The position numbers and the translations under genes were made by a program. 64,000 bases of DNA, from the NCBI GenBank assembly GCA_951406725.2, contig OX597832.1, forward strand, positions 2,480,001 through 2,544,000, in the 5' to 3' direction. The notes beneath the pieces are model-generated. The model saw nothing but the letters and a program-made list of their open reading frames with translations. It had not been told where the DNA came from and did not search any database. Source of the stretch: Octopus vulgaris (lineage: Eukaryota). This document shows positions 61,952 to 64,000 of this stretch, one piece after another (positions within the stretch are counted from its first letter, which is position 1; each line of letters opens with the position of its first letter).

Positions 61952-63495
61952 CTGGTATATGCATGTGTATGTCTCCAGCAGACTGTCTGTGAACCTTTTT
62001 GACCATGTATTATACTTTGAATAGCATAAAAGGGGTTATTGGGAGAAAGAAATTGAAAACCTCAATACTTGTTAGAGTGAAAAAGCAAGGAATGGAGTAG
62101 CGAAGCGGGGGAGATGGAAAAAATGTTTTTTCATAAAAAGATGTCCCTTGTTATTTGAAAGGCTGTGATGAGAAAAAAAAATTGGAAAATTCACCCTCAA
62201 AATGGAGAAATGTGGGCGTCCTCATCTGAAAATCAGCCAAATAAGTAGAAGTTGTACATTGGGGCCGATATAATCGACTTATTGCTCCCCCCGATATTGC
62301 TGATGTTGAGCGAAATTTGAAACCAATATATATTTATAAGGTAAGGCGACCAGCTGGCAGAATCGTTACTGAGCCGGACAAAATCCTTAGCGGCATTTCC
62401 TCCGGCTTTACCTTTTGAGTCCAAATACAGCCGAGGTCGGCTTTATCTTTCATACTTTATCTTTCGAGGTCGTCGAAATAAGTGCCAGTTGAATACTGGA
62501 TGGATGTAATCAACTTAACCCCTATCCCGAAGTTGCCGGCTTTGTGCCAAAGTTTAAAACCTATACGTATTTATATAGGGCGTTTTTTAATTATTTTTTT
62601 TTACTGAAGCACTCAATATACCCACCCTTAATGAACCAGTTGTCTCACTAGATCCTGTATTGTCAATTTCTGTCTTTCTTTCTTCGAACGGCATTGCATG
62701 CCTCTTAACGATGGCGTTCTCGCTCGACCCGTTAGAAATAGCAGTCAAATTTCTTTCAAATCACTTCCCAAAAAAATTTTTTTAAAAAAAGGATACATTC
62801 GATAATGTAATTCAGTGTGCATTATTTATTAAGTAAATATATGATGGCGACCTTTCGAATGGTTATACGTTAAATACTTTTAATCATATATGTTCCAACA
62901 ATGTTGGCTTTGAGCAAAATAACAACACCCATTCTGTAATGTTTGCCAAATCTTTAACAGTTCTCTGTAAACATAGAACTGCACTTCTTCCATCCACATG
63001 CTTAATCTGATTCCTGGAGTTAAGAGGTTCTAAAATGACTAAGAGTACAGCATCTCAATATAATTAAGGAAAATAAAATATTTCAAAATACAAGCTATTA
63101 GTTATGTTTCACGCGATCACTGCATTTCAGGTCAACAAATAGGACTGGGAGGTTTTGTCACCGTTAAAGTACCACTAACCCGCAGGAGATTTGTTTATAG
63201 ATACCCTTAGTTTAACAGATGCTTCATATAGAGGTACTATGTAAAGAAAAGAAGGTGAGACAGTGGCATATGAAATAAATTATTGTTAATCAAATATTTA
63301 TGATTATCTTCGAAAACTGTTGTAATGTATGTCAGTGTTGTCAGTTTGTCAATGTTGGGGTGGATTAAAAAAAACAAAAAATCTTTAAAAAAAAATACAA
63401 AATATGAATATCACAGATTAAAAACGAAACTTACCAAGTGCTTTTGCTCCCGATAAAAGGGATACATTTCTGGCAGCCCAGAGAGCCATGGCCAT
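33128..63495 (-). CDS. HADHB: Mitochondrial trifunctional enzyme subunit beta (3-ketoacyl-CoA thiolase), complete, 15 exons, 472 aa
   Basis: Exons 63435-63495, 48559-48606, 47334-47463, 44045-44076, 41362-41429, 41194-41281, 40845-41035, 40267-40359, 40089-40176, 37745-37869, 34235-34362, 33699-33786, 33517-33591, 33269-33433 and 33128-33166 sum to 1419 nt in frame, all GT-AG. Thiolase motifs: [39 protein letters not shown]. Confidence 0.97.
33269..33433 (-). CDS. HADHB: HADHB exon 14 ([18 protein letters not shown]...LVAACAAGG)
   Basis: Thiolase His and second Cys active-site motifs. Confidence 0.97.
33517..33591 (-). CDS. HADHB: HADHB exon 13 ([25 protein letters not shown])
   Basis: HADHB-specific insert; canonical splice sites. 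Confidence 0.96.
33699..33786 (-). CDS. HADHB: HADHB exon 12 ([14 protein letters not shown]...FEYHEAFA)
   Basis: HEAF motif. Confidence 0.96.
34235..34362 (-). CDS. HADHB: HADHB exon 11 ([16 protein letters not shown]...[11 protein letters not shown])
   Basis: Conserved peptide; canonical splice sites. Confidence 0.96.
35440..36475 (+). mobile_element. Decayed RTE-like LINE RT fragment
   Basis: Remnants [37 protein letters not shown]. Confidence 0.7.
36791..37460 (-). mobile_element. RTE LINE 3' end with tandem 3' UTR units
   Basis: Reverse complement of the 14380-14757 region plus the 476-667 tail. Confidence 0.85.
37745..37869 (-). CDS. HADHB: HADHB exon 10 (KDNGIRPSS...[20 protein letters not shown])
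   Basis: Conserved peptide; canonical splice sites. Confidence 0.96.
38672..39824 (-). mobile_element. Decayed mariner transposon (same family as 4888-6070)
   Basis: TIRs caagggttggctgaaaagttcatagg / cctatgaacttttcagttcaccctca, TA flanks, colinear homology with 4888-6070. Confidence 0.9.
40089..40176 (-). CDS. HADHB: HADHB exon 9 (DEYAQRSH...[11 protein letters not shown])
   Basis: Conserved peptide; canonical splice sites. Confidence 0.95.
40267..40359 (-). CDS. HADHB: HADHB exon 8 ([20 protein letters not shown]...SRQEQ)
   Basis: Conserved peptide; canonical splice sites. Confidence 0.96.
40845..41035 (-). CDS. HADHB: HADHB exon 7 ([26 protein letters not shown]...)
   Basis: Thiolase AGGVE motif; canonical splice sites. 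Confidence 0.96.
41194..41281 (-). CDS. HADHB: HADHB exon 6 ([24 protein letters not shown]; catalytic Cys)
   Basis: Thiolase acyl-enzyme Cys motif. Confidence 0.97.
41362..41429 (-). CDS. HADHB: HADHB exon 5 ([23 protein letters not shown])
   Basis: Conserved peptide; canonical splice sites. Confidence 0.96.
44045..44076 (-). CDS. HADHB: HADHB exon 4, 32-nt mini-exon ([10 protein letters not shown])
   Basis: tgtag acceptor, gtaaat donor; restores phase 2 to phase 1. Confidence 0.85.
45129..45435 (+). mobile_element. RTE LINE 3' UTR and tail, (GAT)n
   Basis: Matches 476-667 and the tandem 3' UTR units. Confidence 0.85.
45810..46600 (-). mobile_element. CR1-like LINE 3' fragment
   Basis: [36 protein letters not shown]....LPY.E.L, a typical LINE RT C-terminus. 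Confidence 0.85.
47334..47463 (-). CDS. HADHB: HADHB exon 3 ([27 protein letters not shown]...MPHDLAR)
   Basis: Characteristic HADHB N-terminal motif; canonical splice sites. Confidence 0.96.
48000..48220. mobile_element. piggyBac-type MITE
   Basis: TTAA|CCCTTTAGTATT ... AATGCTAAAGGG|TTAA: TIRs starting CCC with a TTAA target duplication. Confidence 0.85.
48559..48606 (-). CDS. HADHB: HADHB exon 2 ([16 protein letters not shown])
   Basis: cag acceptor, gtaaga donor, 48 nt, phase 1-1. Confidence 0.75.
50717..51050 (+). mobile_element. tRNA-derived SINE, decayed with internal deletion
   Basis: Homology to 30913-31313 (agtcccactgcgtggcaccttgggcaagt...gcttgacaac...ggtgccc). Confidence 0.8.
53695..59335. 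repeat. 5.6-kb compound satellite [(AT)n ACATATACCTATGC]n in HADHB intron 1
   Basis: Direct reading; CCTATGC anchor repeated throughout with variable (AT)n spacers. Confidence 0.97.
59625..60411 (+). mobile_element. RTE LINE 3' fragment with four ~60-bp tandem 3' UTR units; normal tail missing
   Basis: [19 protein letters not shown]...[12 protein letters not shown]...GRGRPRKTW; closely similar to 14010-14757. Confidence 0.92.
60441..60516 (+). ncRNA. Predicted type I hammerhead ribozyme (U3-A8 core variant)
   Basis: Stem I GCTGCA(60458-63)/TGTAGC(60496-501), extended by CCTGC-AGTC-GAC/GTC-GACT-GCAGG; core TTGATAA; stem II GGGG-CAACAA-CCCT; GAAA; minimal stem III AC-GTC-GT; GTC cleavage triplet ending at 60495. 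Confidence 0.7.
60714..61285. repeat. Compound microsatellite [(TA)n CACATACACACA]n
   Basis: Direct reading. Confidence 0.95.
62344..62560 (+). mobile_element. tRNA-derived SINE (second family)
   Basis: ggcgaccagctggcagaatcgtta...aaatccttagcggcattt...gccgaggtcggcttt...aaataagtgccagt; related decayed copies near 28280-28615 and 46940-47080. Confidence 0.7.
63435..63495 (-). CDS. HADHB: HADHB exon 1 ([21 protein letters not shown], transit-peptide-like)
   Basis: ATG, no acidic residues, gtaagt donor, phase 1 fits exon 2. Confidence 0.75.
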
Positions 63496-64000
63496 AGCTA
63501 GTGATCACCTTCAAATAAGTTCGAAGACGAATCACCACCAACAAATTTCGTGGACTTTATAAATGACTCGCGTCGTTGAAGCTTTACGGAGTTAAATGTT
63601 GTTCTCAACAATAAAATTTATAAAAGCAAAAATTACTATTTTAGTAATTAATAAGTTTTAATAAAATATAAATGTTAAATATTTTTTATAGATTTAATGA
63701 ATTAAAAATTCTTCTTCTTAATTATATTTGTTTGTATATGTTCTCAAGGCGTGTCATTGAATTCAGTGCGGGACAGTGGACCAAAGGTCGATTTCAGAAG
63801 TAACTCACAACTGTAAGCATGTTCAATGTGACTGGAACGATGAGGTGTATGGGTATCAGACTAAACTCCTTCTGCCGACAAGGTTTGTCTAATCTATTCA
63901 TTATAAATTACTTAACTTACTTTCAAGAAGCGCATTCTCCATTGTGTTCTTATAGGAATGCTTTGATTTATGTCGATTGATTTGTCATCAACAGTTCCAC

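Overview
AT-rich, repeat-dense animal genomic DNA. The SINE/RTE families and (TA)n expansions suggest a cephalopod such as Octopus (inference, not a search result). Two convergent spliced genes were reconstructed by hand with continuous reading-frame phase across all junctions. On the + strand are the last 12 coding exons of an ATAD2/ATAD2B-family AAA+/bromodomain gene (1647-32303), whose 5' part lies outside the window and which needs one GC-AG intron. On the - strand is a complete 15-exon HADHB gene (mitochondrial trifunctional protein beta subunit, thiolase; 63495-33128, 472 aa). The introns hold decayed mariner elements, MITEs, CR1/L2-type and RTE LINE fragments, tRNA-derived SINEs, a solo LTR with a 4-bp TSD, a Helitron-like element and a 5.6-kb (AT)n-CCTATGC satellite that explains all the very long ORFs. 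The most notable hidden signal is a predicted type I hammerhead ribozyme at about 60441-60516. It has a compensatory U3-A8 core pair, sits inside a ~135-nt hairpin and is joined to the truncated 3' UTR of an RTE LINE.
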